NCBI GenBank assembly: GCA_040901675.1
Contig: JBBDYJ010000043.1
Location: 17,083-60,556 of the forward strand
Direction of reading: 5' to 3'
Origin: Pirellulales bacterium
GTDB taxonomy: Bacteria > Planctomycetota > Planctomycetia > Pirellulales > JAICIG01
Length of the DNA stretch: 43,474 nt
This document shows, piece after piece, positions 26,344-36,782 of the stretch; the stretch's first letter is position 1; every line of letters begins with the position of its first letter. The notes beneath the pieces were generated by a model. The model saw only the letters and a program-made list of their open reading frames with translations, was not told the DNA's origin and made no database searches. A program made the position numbers and the translations under genes.

Positions 26344-28322
26344 CCCTGGGCGTGAACGCAATCGACCAGGGCGATCACGTGCTCCACCGGGGTTTGCGGC
26401 AGCACGCCGTGGCCAAGATTAAAGATGTGCCCCGGCCGGCCGCCGGCCTGCTCGAGCACTTGCCGGGCACGGTGGCGAATCTCCGCCGGCTCGGCCAGCA
26501 ACACCTGCGGGTCGAGATTGCCTTGCACCGCCTTGTGATAGCCGACGGCTCGCCAGGCGTCGTCGAGGCCGATCCGCCAGTCGATGCCGATTACGTCGCC
26601 GCCCGCTTCGGACAACAACGGCAGCAGCGCCGGGTTGCCGGTCGCAAAGTGGATCAACGGCGCGCCCGGCGTCAGCCCGGCGGCAATCGCCCGCACGTGC
26701 GGCAGCACATACCGCCGATAGTCGTCCGGCCCCAGGCAGCCGACCCAGCTATCGAAAAGCTGCACCGCCTGCGCGCCGGCCGCGATCTGGCCGTTGAGGT
26801 ACCGGATAACGGCCCGCGAAAGGCGGCCCATCAACGCGTTCCAAGCCGCCTCGTCCCGGTACATCATCCGCTTGGTGTGGACGTAGTTCCGGCTGGCGCC
26901 TCCTTCGATCGCGTAGCTGGCCAGCGTGAACGGCGCCCCGGCGAACCCCAGCACGGGGATCGTCTCCGGCAGCCCGGCCCGCGTCAGCCGGACCGTTTCC
27001 ATCACGAAGTCCAGCGCCTCGACGTGTTCCAGCTCCTTGAGCCGGTCGACGTCCCGCGCCTCCCGCAGCGGGTTATGGATGACCGGTCCCTCGCCCGCCG
27101 TGTACTCCAGCTCGATTCCCATCGGCTCGAGCATCGGCAGCAGGTCGGCGAAGATGATGGCCGCATCCACCCCCAGCCGGTTCACGGCCGTGATCATCAC
27201 CTCCGCGCACAACTGGGGATTCTTGCACAGCTCCAGGAACGTGGTCTTGGCCCGCACCTCGCGATACTCCGCCATGTACCGCCCGGCCTGGCGCATGAGC
27301 CAGATCGGCACCCGGTCGGCCGGCTCGCGGCGACAGGCCTTCATGAACGGACCGTCCCACCAGGCCCCCTGCCGGATCGCGCCGGCCGGCGCCGGCTCCG
27401 CACCGCGGGCGCCGGCTGTCGTGGACGAATCCACGCCGCTCACGCGGGGCGCCGGCTCGGCCCCGCGCTGGACGGCGGCCTTGCGCTTGCGGGCCAGCAG
27501 TTCGCCGCCGCGCTCGGCGGCCGCGTTGACCAGGTGCCCCATCTTGGGATGTTCCGGCTCGATATCGACTTCCAGCCCGCACTCGGTCAGCATCTCGCTC
27601 GTCGTCGGCCCGATCGACGCAATCACCAGCCGCTGGCAGGCGCGGCGGACCGGCTCGGCCAGCCCCATTTTTTCGGCCATCCGCAGCAGGTTGACCACCT
27701 GGTGGCCGGACGTGAACAACGCCACGTCGATCTGGCCGTCGGCCAGCGCGCGGACGTTGGCTTCCAGCGGGCCGGTATCTTCCGGAAAGTCCCACTCGTA
27801 GACCTTGATTCTCTTGACCGTGGCGCCGCGGGCCTCGAGCCCCGCGACCAGGCTGGCGTTAGGCCGGCCGTATTCCTGCAAGCCGACGGTCTGGTTGGCG
27901 ATCGAGAGGTGCTTATCGACCGTCGTGAGCACTTCGCGCCACGTGTTCGGCTCGGGCACGCGCAGCGTCGGCTCGATCCCCAGCTCCTTGAGCGCGGCCA
28001 GTGGTTTGGGGCCGCGGACGATGGTCGTCGCGTCGGCCAGCGACGTGAGGAACCGCTCGCGGTCGACCTGCCGTTCCACCTGGGCCACCAACTGCCGCGT
28101 TCCCACGCCGGTCAACAGCACGACGACGTCGATTTGCCCGCTCATCAACTGGTGCGCGAACTCGACCGCCTCGCGGTGGTCCGGCACCGACACTTCGCGC
28201 ATCGACGGGCTCACCGAGGGCTGGCCGTGCAGCCGCTCGATCATCCGTGCCATTTCCGTCGCTCGCCGGCTCTCGAAGGCCGCCACCCGCAATCCCGCGA
28301 AATCGCGCAACACGGTGTCCAT
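26340..28322 (-). CDS. hemE: Uroporphyrinogen-III synthase (HemD) / uroporphyrinogen decarboxylase (HemE) fusion
   Basis: N-terminal FESRRA, RGPKP and SIGPTT (HemD-like); C-terminal PIWLMRQAGRY, GAPFTLASY, QGNLDP and FNLGHG (HemE). Confidence 0.92.
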   Translation of the reverse strand: MDTVLRDFAGLRVAAFESRRATEMARMIERLHGQPSVSPSMREVSVPDHREAVEFAHQLMSGQIDVVVLLTGVGTRQLVAQVERQVDRERFLTSLADATTIVRGPKPLAALKELGIEPTLRVPEPNTWREVLTTVDKHLSIANQTVGLQEYGRPNASLVAGLEARGATVKRIKVYEWDFPEDTGPLEANVRALADGQIDVALFTSGHQVVNLLRMAEKMGLAEPVRRACQRLVIASIGPTTSEMLTECGLEVDIEPEHPKMGHLVNAAAERGGELLARKRKAAVQRGAEPAPRVSGVDSSTTAGARGAEPAPAGAIRQGAWWDGPFMKACRREPADRVPIWLMRQAGRYMAEYREVRAKTTFLELCKNPQLCAEVMITAVNRLGVDAAIIFADLLPMLEPMGIELEYTAGEGPVIHNPLREARDVDRLKELEHVEALDFVMETVRLTRAGLPETIPVLGFAGAPFTLASYAIEGGASRNYVHTKRMMYRDEAAWNALMGRLSRAVIRYLNGQIAAGAQAVQLFDSWVGCLGPDDYRRYVLPHVRAIAAGLTPGAPLIHFATGNPALLPLLSEAGGDVIGIDWRIGLDDAWRAVGYHKAVQGNLDPQVLLAEPAEIRHRARQVLEQAGGRPGHIFNLGHGVLPQTPVEHVIALVDCVHAQG

Positions 28323-28425
28323 GGATTCGCGCCTTCGGGCAGACGTGGAGGTATCGGGGACGCCTGGGTTGCAACTGAATGCGGCCCATCCATGCTAAAC
28401 CAAAGCCCGCCCCAGAGAAAGGTCG

Positions 28426-28511
28426 CCCGTTCGTAGCGACCCGCATGCGGTCCCAAGTAGCCCTCACGCTCCGCGTGAGGCAGCTCGTTCGTAGTGATCC
28501 GCATTCCCGGC
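28426..28511. repeat. Cluster of GTAG-tagged REP-like hairpins
   Basis: CCGTTCGTAGCGACCCGCATGCGGTC, GTAGCCCTCACGCTCCGCGTGAGG and CGTTCGTAGTGATCCG. Confidence 0.7.
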
Positions 28512-28514
28512 TCG

Positions 28515-29354
28515 TCACTCCCGCTCGACTTTGAAGCCGTCCGATGCGTCCCGCTCGACGGTGAACCTGTCGCCGTCGTTGGGCTCGACCGCCTCACTTT
28601 GCGGTTCGGCCTCTCCGGGCCACTGAAAGACCAACTTGTCCGGAACGCACCGCTGATGGGTCCTCGTGTAGCCCGGGGGCAGCGGAAACGCGCGGCCGCC
28701 GATCTCGTACTCGATGGTTGTGCCGGACTGGTTGGCTACCTCAAACTCGATGCTGTCCGACTTGGGGCGCCCGAACATCTGCACGGCGAAGTAGTAGCCG
28801 GTATCTTTGCTTTGGGCCACGGCCACGCCCGTTTCAGTCACGTGCCGGTTAAGCATGTTCTTGCGATGATCGGCCGAGTGCTTCCAGACCTTAAAGAACT
28901 TCTTGGCCAGCTCGTCGGCGGTGAAGCCCCGCGAGCCGTACTGGTAACCGATGTTCTCCGAGATGAGGCAGTAGTCGTAGCCATGCTCCCTCGCCCGGTC
29001 CGCCGGCCGGCTGCCGTCGGCCGTGTGCCCGAACGTGTTCGTCTCCGCCATGTAATCCGCAAAATACTGCGCTGCCTCGCTGAGCTGCTGATCGGTCTCG
29101 ACGCTCTCGACCCCTTCGTCCTGGCGCAACGCGTTGGTTCTTTCGACGATCTGCCTGGCCACTTCGGCCACGTCCGGCCTTCTCTGTTGCCGTGACGGCC
29201 TTGCCGTAGATCGGATCGTCTGGATCTCCGCATCCTCGGAGACCTGGCCCAGTGCCGCGCTGGGAGCCAGCGGACAAAGCATCATGATGACCAGCGCACA
29301 GAGAACAAGCAGGCAGCCAGCCGGCCGGCCCGTTGCTGTAAACCTGGCGTACAT
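28515..29354 (-). CDS. Secreted CAP (SCP/YkwD) domain protein
   Basis: Signal peptide; TNALR, FGH, SENIG, WKHSADHRKNML and TGVAV motifs. Confidence 0.88.
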   Translation of the reverse strand: MYARFTATGRPAGCLLVLCALVIMMLCPLAPSAALGQVSEDAEIQTIRSTARPSRQQRRPDVAEVARQIVERTNALRQDEGVESVETDQQLSEAAQYFADYMAETNTFGHTADGSRPADRAREHGYDYCLISENIGYQYGSRGFTADELAKKFFKVWKHSADHRKNMLNRHVTETGVAVAQSKDTGYYFAVQMFGRPKSDSIEFEVANQSGTTIEYEIGGRAFPLPPGYTRTHQRCVPDKLVFQWPGEAEPQSEAVEPNDGDRFTVERDASDGFKVERE

Positions 29355-29601
29355 GCGACGCTCCTGGTTCTCTCAAGCCGATATGGTTGTTCAGAATCCG
29401 TTGCCAGGTTGAAACCAAAGCAACTTTTCCCTCTGTTCTGCAATCCGCGTGCCGTCTGCGCATATTGAGCACATTGCGACCTGGCAGGAGCGTGGCACGC
29501 ACCCAGGTTGCCGCGATTGGATCAGCAGGCACGGCTCTGTTACGATGGACTGCTGGACGACGCTGTCCGAACAAATTGCTGCCAACCCGAGCGAGACAAC
29601 A

Positions 29602-30792
29602 GTGACGGATGCCACCTTCGACGAACTCCAGGGCGCAATCGGCGAGAAGGGGGTCGAGGCCGCCACCCTAAGGCTGGCCGAGCACCTGACGTCAGATCAC
29701 CGCTTCCACGAGCTGTTCGACGTCCGATTGCTCGAAGCACGTGTGCGGCTGGGGCTCCCGGCTATCCTCACCAAGGGACTCGACGACCTGGAAGAGCCCA
29801 TCCGCACGCGGATGGAAGAAGAATACCTGGCCGCCTGCCGCGAAGTCGGCAACCTCCTCTTGTCCGACGGAAAGGTCCGCGAGGCCTGGATGTACCTGCG
29901 GCCGGTCGGCGAGCGGGCCGAAGTGGCGGCCGCGCTGCAACAGGTGAACGTCTCCGACGAAAACCGCGAACAGGTGATCGAGGTCGCGCTGCACGAGGGA
30001 GTCTCCCCACGGCTCGGATTCGAGCTCGTGCTGGCCCATTACGGCGTCTGCAACGCCATCTCGATGTTCGACGCCCAGATGCACGGCCGGCCGCCGCAGC
30101 AACGGCAGGAAGTGGCCGGACTCCTGGTCCGCCACCTGCACGGCGAGCTGGTGCGCAGCCTGCGGCAAGCCGTAGCCCGGCAACAAGGCTCGCCCACGGA
30201 CGAATCGAGCATCGAGCGGCTGGTCGCCGGCCGCGGCTGGCTGTTCGAGAACAACGATTACCACATCGACACCTCCCACCTGGCCAGCGTGGTGCGGTTC
30301 GCTCTGTTTATCGACGACCCGGCGGACCTGCGCCTGGCGCTCGACCTGACCGAGTACGGCCGCCGGCTCAGCTCGCTCTACCAGTTCGCCGGGCAGGAGC
30401 CGTTTGTCGATACGTACCCCTCGCACGCGCGTTTCTTTCAGGCCTTGCTGGGCGAAAACGTTCAAGACAACCTCGATTGGTTCCGCCAGCGAGCCGCCGA
30501 CCTGGCCGGCAGCGAGTCCGCCGGAGACGGATCGGCGCCGGCCGAGGTCTACGTCGCCTTGCTGCACCGGCTGGGCCGCGACGCCGAGGCCTTCGAGGCG
30601 GCCGCTGAAATGCTGCCCCCCGGCTCGCGGACGGCCGGCTTTGCTCCCAGCCTCTTGGAACTGGCCCGCTTGAGCGGCAGGTACGGCCGGCTGATGGAGG
30701 TGACTCGCCAGCACGGCGACCTGGTCGGTTTCACGCTGGCACTGGTGGCGGAAAGGAGCAGGGAACAAGGAGGGAACAGGAACGACCAGTAG
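29602..30792 (+). CDS. Alpha-helical hypothetical protein
   Basis: Long ORF with host codon bias; GTG start at 29602 is inferred. Confidence 0.7.
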   Translation: MTDATFDELQGAIGEKGVEAATLRLAEHLTSDHRFHELFDVRLLEARVRLGLPAILTKGLDDLEEPIRTRMEEEYLAACREVGNLLLSDGKVREAWMYLRPVGERAEVAAALQQVNVSDENREQVIEVALHEGVSPRLGFELVLAHYGVCNAISMFDAQMHGRPPQQRQEVAGLLVRHLHGELVRSLRQAVARQQGSPTDESSIERLVAGRGWLFENNDYHIDTSHLASVVRFALFIDDPADLRLALDLTEYGRRLSSLYQFAGQEPFVDTYPSHARFFQALLGENVQDNLDWFRQRAADLAGSESAGDGSAPAEVYVALLHRLGRDAEAFEAAAEMLPPGSRTAGFAPSLLELARLSGRYGRLMEVTRQHGDLVGFTLALVAERSREQGGNRNDQ

Positions 30793-30806
30793 GAAAAACC
30801 CAAACG

Positions 30807-30847
30807 AAAAAGGCCTGTCCGCGGCGGTCGCCACGGACAGGCCCTTT
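30807..30847. terminator. Intrinsic terminator, probably bidirectional
   Basis: AAAAA-GGCCTGTCCG...CGGACAGGCC-CTTT between convergent genes. Confidence 0.8.
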
Positions 30848-30876
30848 GGATCCAGCAGCCTTAGGCTCGCAATCGG

Positions 30877-31521
30877 CTAGTTGCGATGCACGAGGGTACG
30901 GCTGGCATGGACGATGCTCCGGCGACCCTGGATCGAGGCCGACGGATCGGCCATGGGGGCGGGGGGCATCGGTGCGGCCTCGCCGGCAGCCGGCGCGGGA
31001 GCGCCGTGACCGTCGTAGCCGCCGCCGCCGCAGCCACCGCAGCCGGTGTTGCAGCAGCTCTTCTTGCGGGTCTTGAACAGCTTGCTCAAGAGGCCGCAGT
31101 GATGACGCTTGCGTCCGCAGCCGCTGTCGCAGGCATCCTGCTCGCAGCAGGTCGGCTCCGGAGCGCAGTGGACCGGCTCCGGTTCGCAGCAATCATCCTG
31201 CTTGCAGCAGCCGCCGTGATCGAACATTCCGCGCAGATGGCCGAACAGGTTGAGCCGCTTGCGTCCGCAGCCGCTATCGCAGCAGTCATCCTGCTGCGGG
31301 CAGCAGTCCTGCTGGGGCGCATGGCAGCTTGGCTCGGGAGCGCAGCAGTCCTGCTGGGGTGCATGGCAGCTTGGCTCGGGTTCACAACTGGTTTCGCAGC
31401 AATCGGTCTTGCAGCAGCCACCCCTCAGACCCAACATGCGGTCGAGGAGCCCGAACCCGAAGCTCTGGCTACAGAGACACATGCTGACCACGAATGCTCC
31501 AACGATCATGTTCCATTTCAT
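30877..31521 (-). CDS. Secreted cysteine-rich repeat protein
   Basis: Signal peptide, 30 Cys in 214 aa, internal repeats, AAAGGAGA RBS, own terminator. Confidence 0.8.
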   Translation of the reverse strand: MKWNMIVGAFVVSMCLCSQSFGFGLLDRMLGLRGGCCKTDCCETSCEPEPSCHAPQQDCCAPEPSCHAPQQDCCPQQDDCCDSGCGRKRLNLFGHLRGMFDHGGCCKQDDCCEPEPVHCAPEPTCCEQDACDSGCGRKRHHCGLLSKLFKTRKKSCCNTGCGGCGGGGYDGHGAPAPAAGEAAPMPPAPMADPSASIQGRRSIVHASRTLVHRN

Positions 31522-32037
31522 CGAGCGACGTCTCCTTTACAGGGAACTGAGGGCGGCGCGCAAGACCCAAACACGCAAACGCAGTCGGCGGCACGAAAGA
31601 GCAAGTTGGCGGGAGGGATCTACTCCGTCCGTGGGAGGTTCTCGATTGGGGGAGAACCGGCTGGGTGTGTCGTCGGTCGGTCGCTAGCTGGGCAGCGTGG
31701 GTCGTAGCCCACAGTTCACAACGTTATGGCGCCAGGTCCGTCGAGCCATTCCTTGACCCGATAAAGCCGAGTCGGTTCCTGGTGCTCCCTTACGCGCCGC
31801 GTGCGGCACGTATTCCTCGTTGAGGGACACCTACCGTATCGGCTGGCTTGGGAAGGGGCCTTGAGCGTTCGGAAGTAATTTTCTGCAAATGGCTTACCGC
31901 TCCTGGCAGGCAAACCTTTCCGCGCGAGCAAGGTAGCGAAACTTTGACGGTTGGCGCGGCGCACCTTCCCCACGCCGAAGGCCGCCGCCGTCCCGCCCGG
32001 GTGGCCCGCCGGACCGATATCTGCTACGCTGCACCTC

Positions 32038-32403
32038 ATGACTTCAACCTCGGCTGATCGCCGCTGGGAGCTGGTCGATTTCTCCAGCTTGCCGCCCCAG
32101 GATTGTCCCTGCGGAACCGCCCGCCGCGCCCTGGCCGACGTACCCGACTTTCCCGCCACCATCCACCGCACCCAGATTACCTGCGATGCCCGCCTGCACT
32201 ACCATAAGCGCTTGACCGAGACCTACTACATCCTCGAGTGCGAGCCCGATGCGCGGATGCAGCTCGACGACCAGTTGTTGCCCGTCCGGCCCGGCACGTG
32301 CGTGCTGATCCGGCCCGGCGTCCGCCATCGCGCGGTGGGGCGGATGACCGTCTTGATTTTCGTGCTCCCCAAGTTCGATGCCGACGACGAGTGGTTCGAT
32401 TGA
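32038..32403 (+). CDS. Cupin domain protein
   Basis: HYHKRLTETYYILE and IRPGVRH cupin motifs; CPCG near the N-terminus. Confidence 0.85.
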   Translation: MTSTSADRRWELVDFSSLPPQDCPCGTARRALADVPDFPATIHRTQITCDARLHYHKRLTETYYILECEPDARMQLDDQLLPVRPGTCVLIRPGVRHRAVGRMTVLIFVLPKFDADDEWFD

Positions 32404-32537
32404 AACCCGCCTCGCCCGCACCATCGCGCACGCCTTGCCCAGCCTCGGCCGCTTGCCCCCGCGGGCCCCGCGCCGTATCCTGAAGAGCGCACCGTCTCGC
32501 TGATTTCCCCAACCACCCGCCTGGCGAGCCCCCCACC

Positions 32538-34832
32538 ATGAGCCCGATCCGCACCGCCGTAGCGCTGGTTATTCTTCTCGTCCCACTCTCTACCAGCCTG
32601 CCGGCGGCCGACGATGACAAAAAGCTCGACGCCGGCAAGCAAACCACCATCGCCAACAGCCAGATCGACCCGCTCGACTGGCCCTCCTGGCGTGGCCCTG
32701 AACAAAACGGCATCTCCCGCGAGACCGGCCTGATCGACAGTTGGGACCCCCGCCGCGGCACGAACGTGCTTTGGAAAAAGCCGGAGCTGGCCACGCGATC
32801 GACGCCCATCGTGATGCACGGCAAACTCTACGTGCTCTGCCGCCACGATCCCGACACGCCACGCGACGCCGAGAAGCTGGTCTGCGCCGATGCAGCCACC
32901 GGCGAGATTCTCTGGGAAAACATATTCAACGTCTTTCTCTCCGACGTGCCGCCCGAGCGGGTGGGCTGGTCGAACTGCGCCGGCGACCCCGCCACCGGCA
33001 GGGTTTATGCCCTGGGGGTGTGCGGCCTCTTTCTCTGCATCGACGGCGAAACCGGCCAGACCATCTGGTCGCGCTCGCTCAGTGAGGAGTTCGGACTGCT
33101 CAGCACCTACGGCGGCCGCACCAACACCCCGGTGATCTTTGAAGACCTGGTCATCATCAGCGCCGTCATGACCAACTGGGGCGAGTTGGCCCTGCCGGCC
33201 CATCGCTTCCTGGCCTTCAACAAGAATACGGGCGAAGTGGTCTGGTTCAACGGCACGCGCCTTCGTCCCGACGACACCACCTACAGCACGCCCGCCCTGG
33301 CGGTGCTGGCCGGCCAGGCGGCCATGGTGTTTGGCTCCGGCGACGGAGCGGTGTGGGCGCTTCAGCCGCGCACGGGCGTGCCGATCTGGAATTACCGCCT
33401 GTCGCTGCGGGGCCTCAACATCTCGCCCATCGTCCAGGGCGACACCATCTACATGGCCCAGAGCGAAGAGAACCGCGACGACAACACGATGGGCGCTTTC
33501 GTGGCCATCGACGGCTCGAAGACGGGCGATGTCACGGAAAGCGGAGAGGTCTGGCGGGTCAAGCAGGTCATGGTCGGCAAGAGCTCGCCTCTCCTGGTCG
33601 ACGGAAGGCTCTACGCCCTGGATGACGCCAACGTCGTTTACATCATCGATCCGGCGACCGGCAAGCAGATTGGCAGGACCCGGCTTACCGGCACGATTAC
33701 GCGGGCCAGCCCGGTTTACGCCGACGGCAAAATTTATGCTTGCACCACCACCGTCTGGCACGTGCTGGAACCGGCCGAGCGGGGCGCCGAGGTGGTGCAC
33801 CGGGTGCGTTTTTCCCAAGGCGAAGAAGTTCACGGCTCGCCGATCGTCTCGCACGGCCGCATTTATCTACCCACGACCAGCACCATGTATTGCCTGGGCT
33901 TGGACGACGCCCAGGCTAGCGCCGACGAGCGGCCGGCGCCCCCCCAGGAAACGCCCCCCGGCGGCCAGGACCGCCCGGCGCACCTGCAAGTGGTGCCGGC
34001 CGAGTCGCTGATCGAGCCGGGTGAAACCGTCCAGTTCAAGGTGCGGCTGTTCAACGGCCGCGGCCAGCCGATTGCCGATGACGACACGAAGCTCTCTTTT
34101 TCGGTCGAAGGGGGCGGTCAGGTCAGCGATACGGGGATCTTTACCGCCGACAGCCTGCCGGCGCACACCGGTTCGCTGGTGACCGTCAAGGCGGGCGGCC
34201 TGACCGCGGCGGCCCGCATCCGCGTAGTTCCGCCCCTACCCTGGAAGTTCGACTTCGACGACACGCCGCTTGCAGCCAACAAGGCGAACGTGAAAGAAGG
34301 CGAGCCGCCGATCACTTGGATCGGCGCCCGCTACCGCCACAAGATCCGCCAGCTCGACGGCGAGAAGGTCATGGTCAAGGTGAGCACGATTCCCAAGGGC
34401 ACCCGCAGCCAGAGCTGGATGGGCCACACGGACCTGAGCGATTACACGATCCAAGCCGACGTCCGCGGCGCCACGAACGACGGTAAGCTGCCGCAGATCG
34501 GCCTCATTGCACAACGCTACACGCTGGACCTGATGGGCAACGCCCAGAGTCTGCAGATACGCAGTTGGACCTCGCACCTGGCACGCTTCTCCAAGACGGT
34601 GCCGTTCGCCTGGGAGGCCGACCGCTGGTACACCATGAAATTCCGCGCCGCCACCGAGGACGGCAAAGCGGTGCTGCGGGGCAAAGTCTGGCCGCGGGGC
34701 GAGTCGGAGCCCGACGAGTGGTCGATTCGTGCCGTCGATGAGGCGGGAAACCTGGCCGGCAGCCCTGGCCTGTTCGGCAAGGCCGACGACGCCGAGATCT
34801 ACCTGGACAACATTACCATTACCGCCAATTGA
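32538..34832 (+). CDS. Secreted PQQ-like/BamB-type beta-propeller protein with C-terminal beta-sandwich domains
   Basis: Signal peptide, DWPSWRGP, repeated xDxxTGxxxW and S/TP motifs. Confidence 0.85.
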   Translation: MSPIRTAVALVILLVPLSTSLPAADDDKKLDAGKQTTIANSQIDPLDWPSWRGPEQNGISRETGLIDSWDPRRGTNVLWKKPELATRSTPIVMHGKLYVLCRHDPDTPRDAEKLVCADAATGEILWENIFNVFLSDVPPERVGWSNCAGDPATGRVYALGVCGLFLCIDGETGQTIWSRSLSEEFGLLSTYGGRTNTPVIFEDLVIISAVMTNWGELALPAHRFLAFNKNTGEVVWFNGTRLRPDDTTYSTPALAVLAGQAAMVFGSGDGAVWALQPRTGVPIWNYRLSLRGLNISPIVQGDTIYMAQSEENRDDNTMGAFVAIDGSKTGDVTESGEVWRVKQVMVGKSSPLLVDGRLYALDDANVVYIIDPATGKQIGRTRLTGTITRASPVYADGKIYACTTTVWHVLEPAERGAEVVHRVRFSQGEEVHGSPIVSHGRIYLPTTSTMYCLGLDDAQASADERPAPPQETPPGGQDRPAHLQVVPAESLIEPGETVQFKVRLFNGRGQPIADDDTKLSFSVEGGGQVSDTGIFTADSLPAHTGSLVTVKAGGLTAAARIRVVPPLPWKFDFDDTPLAANKANVKEGEPPITWIGARYRHKIRQLDGEKVMVKVSTIPKGTRSQSWMGHTDLSDYTIQADVRGATNDGKLPQIGLIAQRYTLDLMGNAQSLQIRSWTSHLARFSKTVPFAWEADRWYTMKFRAATEDGKAVLRGKVWPRGESEPDEWSIRAVDEAGNLAGSPGLFGKADDAEIYLDNITITAN

Positions 34833-34835
34833 GAA

Positions 34836-36782
34836 GTGATAATGCGCATGAGACTGATTCGATCTCGATACTGCCCCTCGATGCTCGTGGTTCTGGGAAC
34901 GCTGGTCTTGCCGCAGCTTGGCTGCAGCCAGGCCGATCCGGCCGCCGCCGCGGGCGGCTCGGCCAAGGCGGCCCCGCTGGCGGCAGCCGATGCCAAGCAG
35001 GACCAGCAGCGCGCCGGCCAGAAAGCCAGGCAAGGCGCATCGGCCCAAGCGGCCAAGAAAAGGACCGACGCACGAGCCCAGGCGGGCCGGCGCAGTGCGG
35101 TCGCCCAAGCCGACGCTCAACCCAACAAGGAATGGAACCAGTGGGCTGGTTCGCCCGCCCGCAACAACACGCCGGTTGGGCAGAACATTCCGACCGACTG
35201 GGAGCCCGGCGATTTCGATTTCGACACGGGCGAGTGGCAGCCTGAAACGTCGCGGAACATCAAGTGGGTGGCCAAGCTCGGCTCCCAAAGCTACGGAAAC
35301 CCGGTGATTGCCGACGGCAAGACCTTCGTGGGCACCAACAACGGCGCCGGCTGGCTCGATCGCTACCCGCCCGACGTCGACCTGGGGTGCCTGCTGGCCT
35401 TCAACGAAGCGGATGGGAAATTCCTCTGGCAGCACTCCAGCGAAAAGCTGCCCACGGGGCGGGTGCACGATTGGCCGTTGCAAGGCATCTGCAGCACACC
35501 GTTGGTCGAGGGCAAGCGGTTGTGGTTTGTCACCAGCCGTGGCGAAGTCGTCTGTCTCGACGCCGAGGGCTTCCACGACGGTGAGAACAACGGTCCCTAC
35601 CAGTCGGAGACCAACAACAACACCGACGAGGCCGACGCCATCTGGTATTTCGACATGATGAGCGAGCTGCAGGTCTCGCAGCACAACATGGCGAGCTGCT
35701 CCATCACGGCCGCCGGCGACATCCTCTTCGTGTGTACCTCGAACGGAGTCGATGAGGCCCACAGCGAGAATCTTCCTTCGCCGAACGCTCCCAGCTTTCT
35801 GGCCATGGACAAGAACACCGGGCGGGTGTTGTGGCACGACAACTCGCCCGGCACCAACGTGCTGCACGGCCAATGGTCGTCGCCGGCCTATGCCGTGCTG
35901 GGCGGCGTGCCGCAAGTGCTGTTTGCCGGCGGCGACGGCTGGCTCTACAGCTTCCGCGGCGAGGCCACCTCCGACGGCAAGCCCGAACTGTTGTGGAAGT
36001 TCGACTGCAACCCCAAGGAGTCGAAGTACACGATCAGCAGCAGCGGCACCCGCAACAACCTGATCAGCACGCCGGTGGTCTACGACGGGCTGGTCTACAT
36101 CGCCGTCGGCGAAGATCCCGAGCATGGTGAGGGCAACGGCCACCTCTGGTGCATCGACCCCACCAAGCGCGGCGACGTCAGCAGCGAGCTGGCCTTCAAC
36201 GTCGACGACCGCACCACGCCGATTCCGCACCGCAGGCTCCAGGCCGTCATCCCCCAACAGGGCGAGATCGCCGTCTCCAATCCCAACTCGGCCGCCGTCT
36301 GGCACTACACCGAGTACGACTGGAACGGCGACGGCGAGATCGAGGAGTTCGAGGAAAAAATGCACCGCACCTGCGGCACCGTGGCCATCAAGGACGACCT
36401 GTTGTTCATCCCCGACTTCAGCGGCCTGTTCCACTGCCTCGACGCCAAGACCGGCGAGGTGCACTGGACCTACGACCTGTATGCCGCCACCTGGGGCTCG
36501 GCCATGATCGTCGAAGACAAGGTCTACGTCGGAGACGAGGAAGGCGAGGTCTCGATCTTCCGGCTTTCGGCCGACCCCGACGTGGCCATGCAGAAGGACG
36601 ACAAGGGAAAGTACCAGCCCATCGCCCAGGTCGAGATGGGCAATGCGGTCTACAGCACGCCCGTGGTCGCCAACAACGTCTTGTACATCGCCAACAAGAC
36701 GCACCTGTTCGCCATCCAGGAGACCGACGACCGCGTAGAGGCCGATGGCAGCCGGCACGGCGAGTCGGCGGAGCAGCCGTGA
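34836..36782 (+). CDS. PQQ-like beta-propeller protein, probable lipoprotein
   Basis: QLGC lipobox-like motif, WNQWAG, repeated DxxTGxxxW and STPVV motifs. Start may be the ATG near 34842. Confidence 0.85.
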   Translation: MIMRMRLIRSRYCPSMLVVLGTLVLPQLGCSQADPAAAAGGSAKAAPLAAADAKQDQQRAGQKARQGASAQAAKKRTDARAQAGRRSAVAQADAQPNKEWNQWAGSPARNNTPVGQNIPTDWEPGDFDFDTGEWQPETSRNIKWVAKLGSQSYGNPVIADGKTFVGTNNGAGWLDRYPPDVDLGCLLAFNEADGKFLWQHSSEKLPTGRVHDWPLQGICSTPLVEGKRLWFVTSRGEVVCLDAEGFHDGENNGPYQSETNNNTDEADAIWYFDMMSELQVSQHNMASCSITAAGDILFVCTSNGVDEAHSENLPSPNAPSFLAMDKNTGRVLWHDNSPGTNVLHGQWSSPAYAVLGGVPQVLFAGGDGWLYSFRGEATSDGKPELLWKFDCNPKESKYTISSSGTRNNLISTPVVYDGLVYIAVGEDPEHGEGNGHLWCIDPTKRGDVSSELAFNVDDRTTPIPHRRLQAVIPQQGEIAVSNPNSAAVWHYTEYDWNGDGEIEEFEEKMHRTCGTVAIKDDLLFIPDFSGLFHCLDAKTGEVHWTYDLYAATWGSAMIVEDKVYVGDEEGEVSIFRLSADPDVAMQKDDKGKYQPIAQVEMGNAVYSTPVVANNVLYIANKTHLFAIQETDDRVEADGSRHGESAEQP

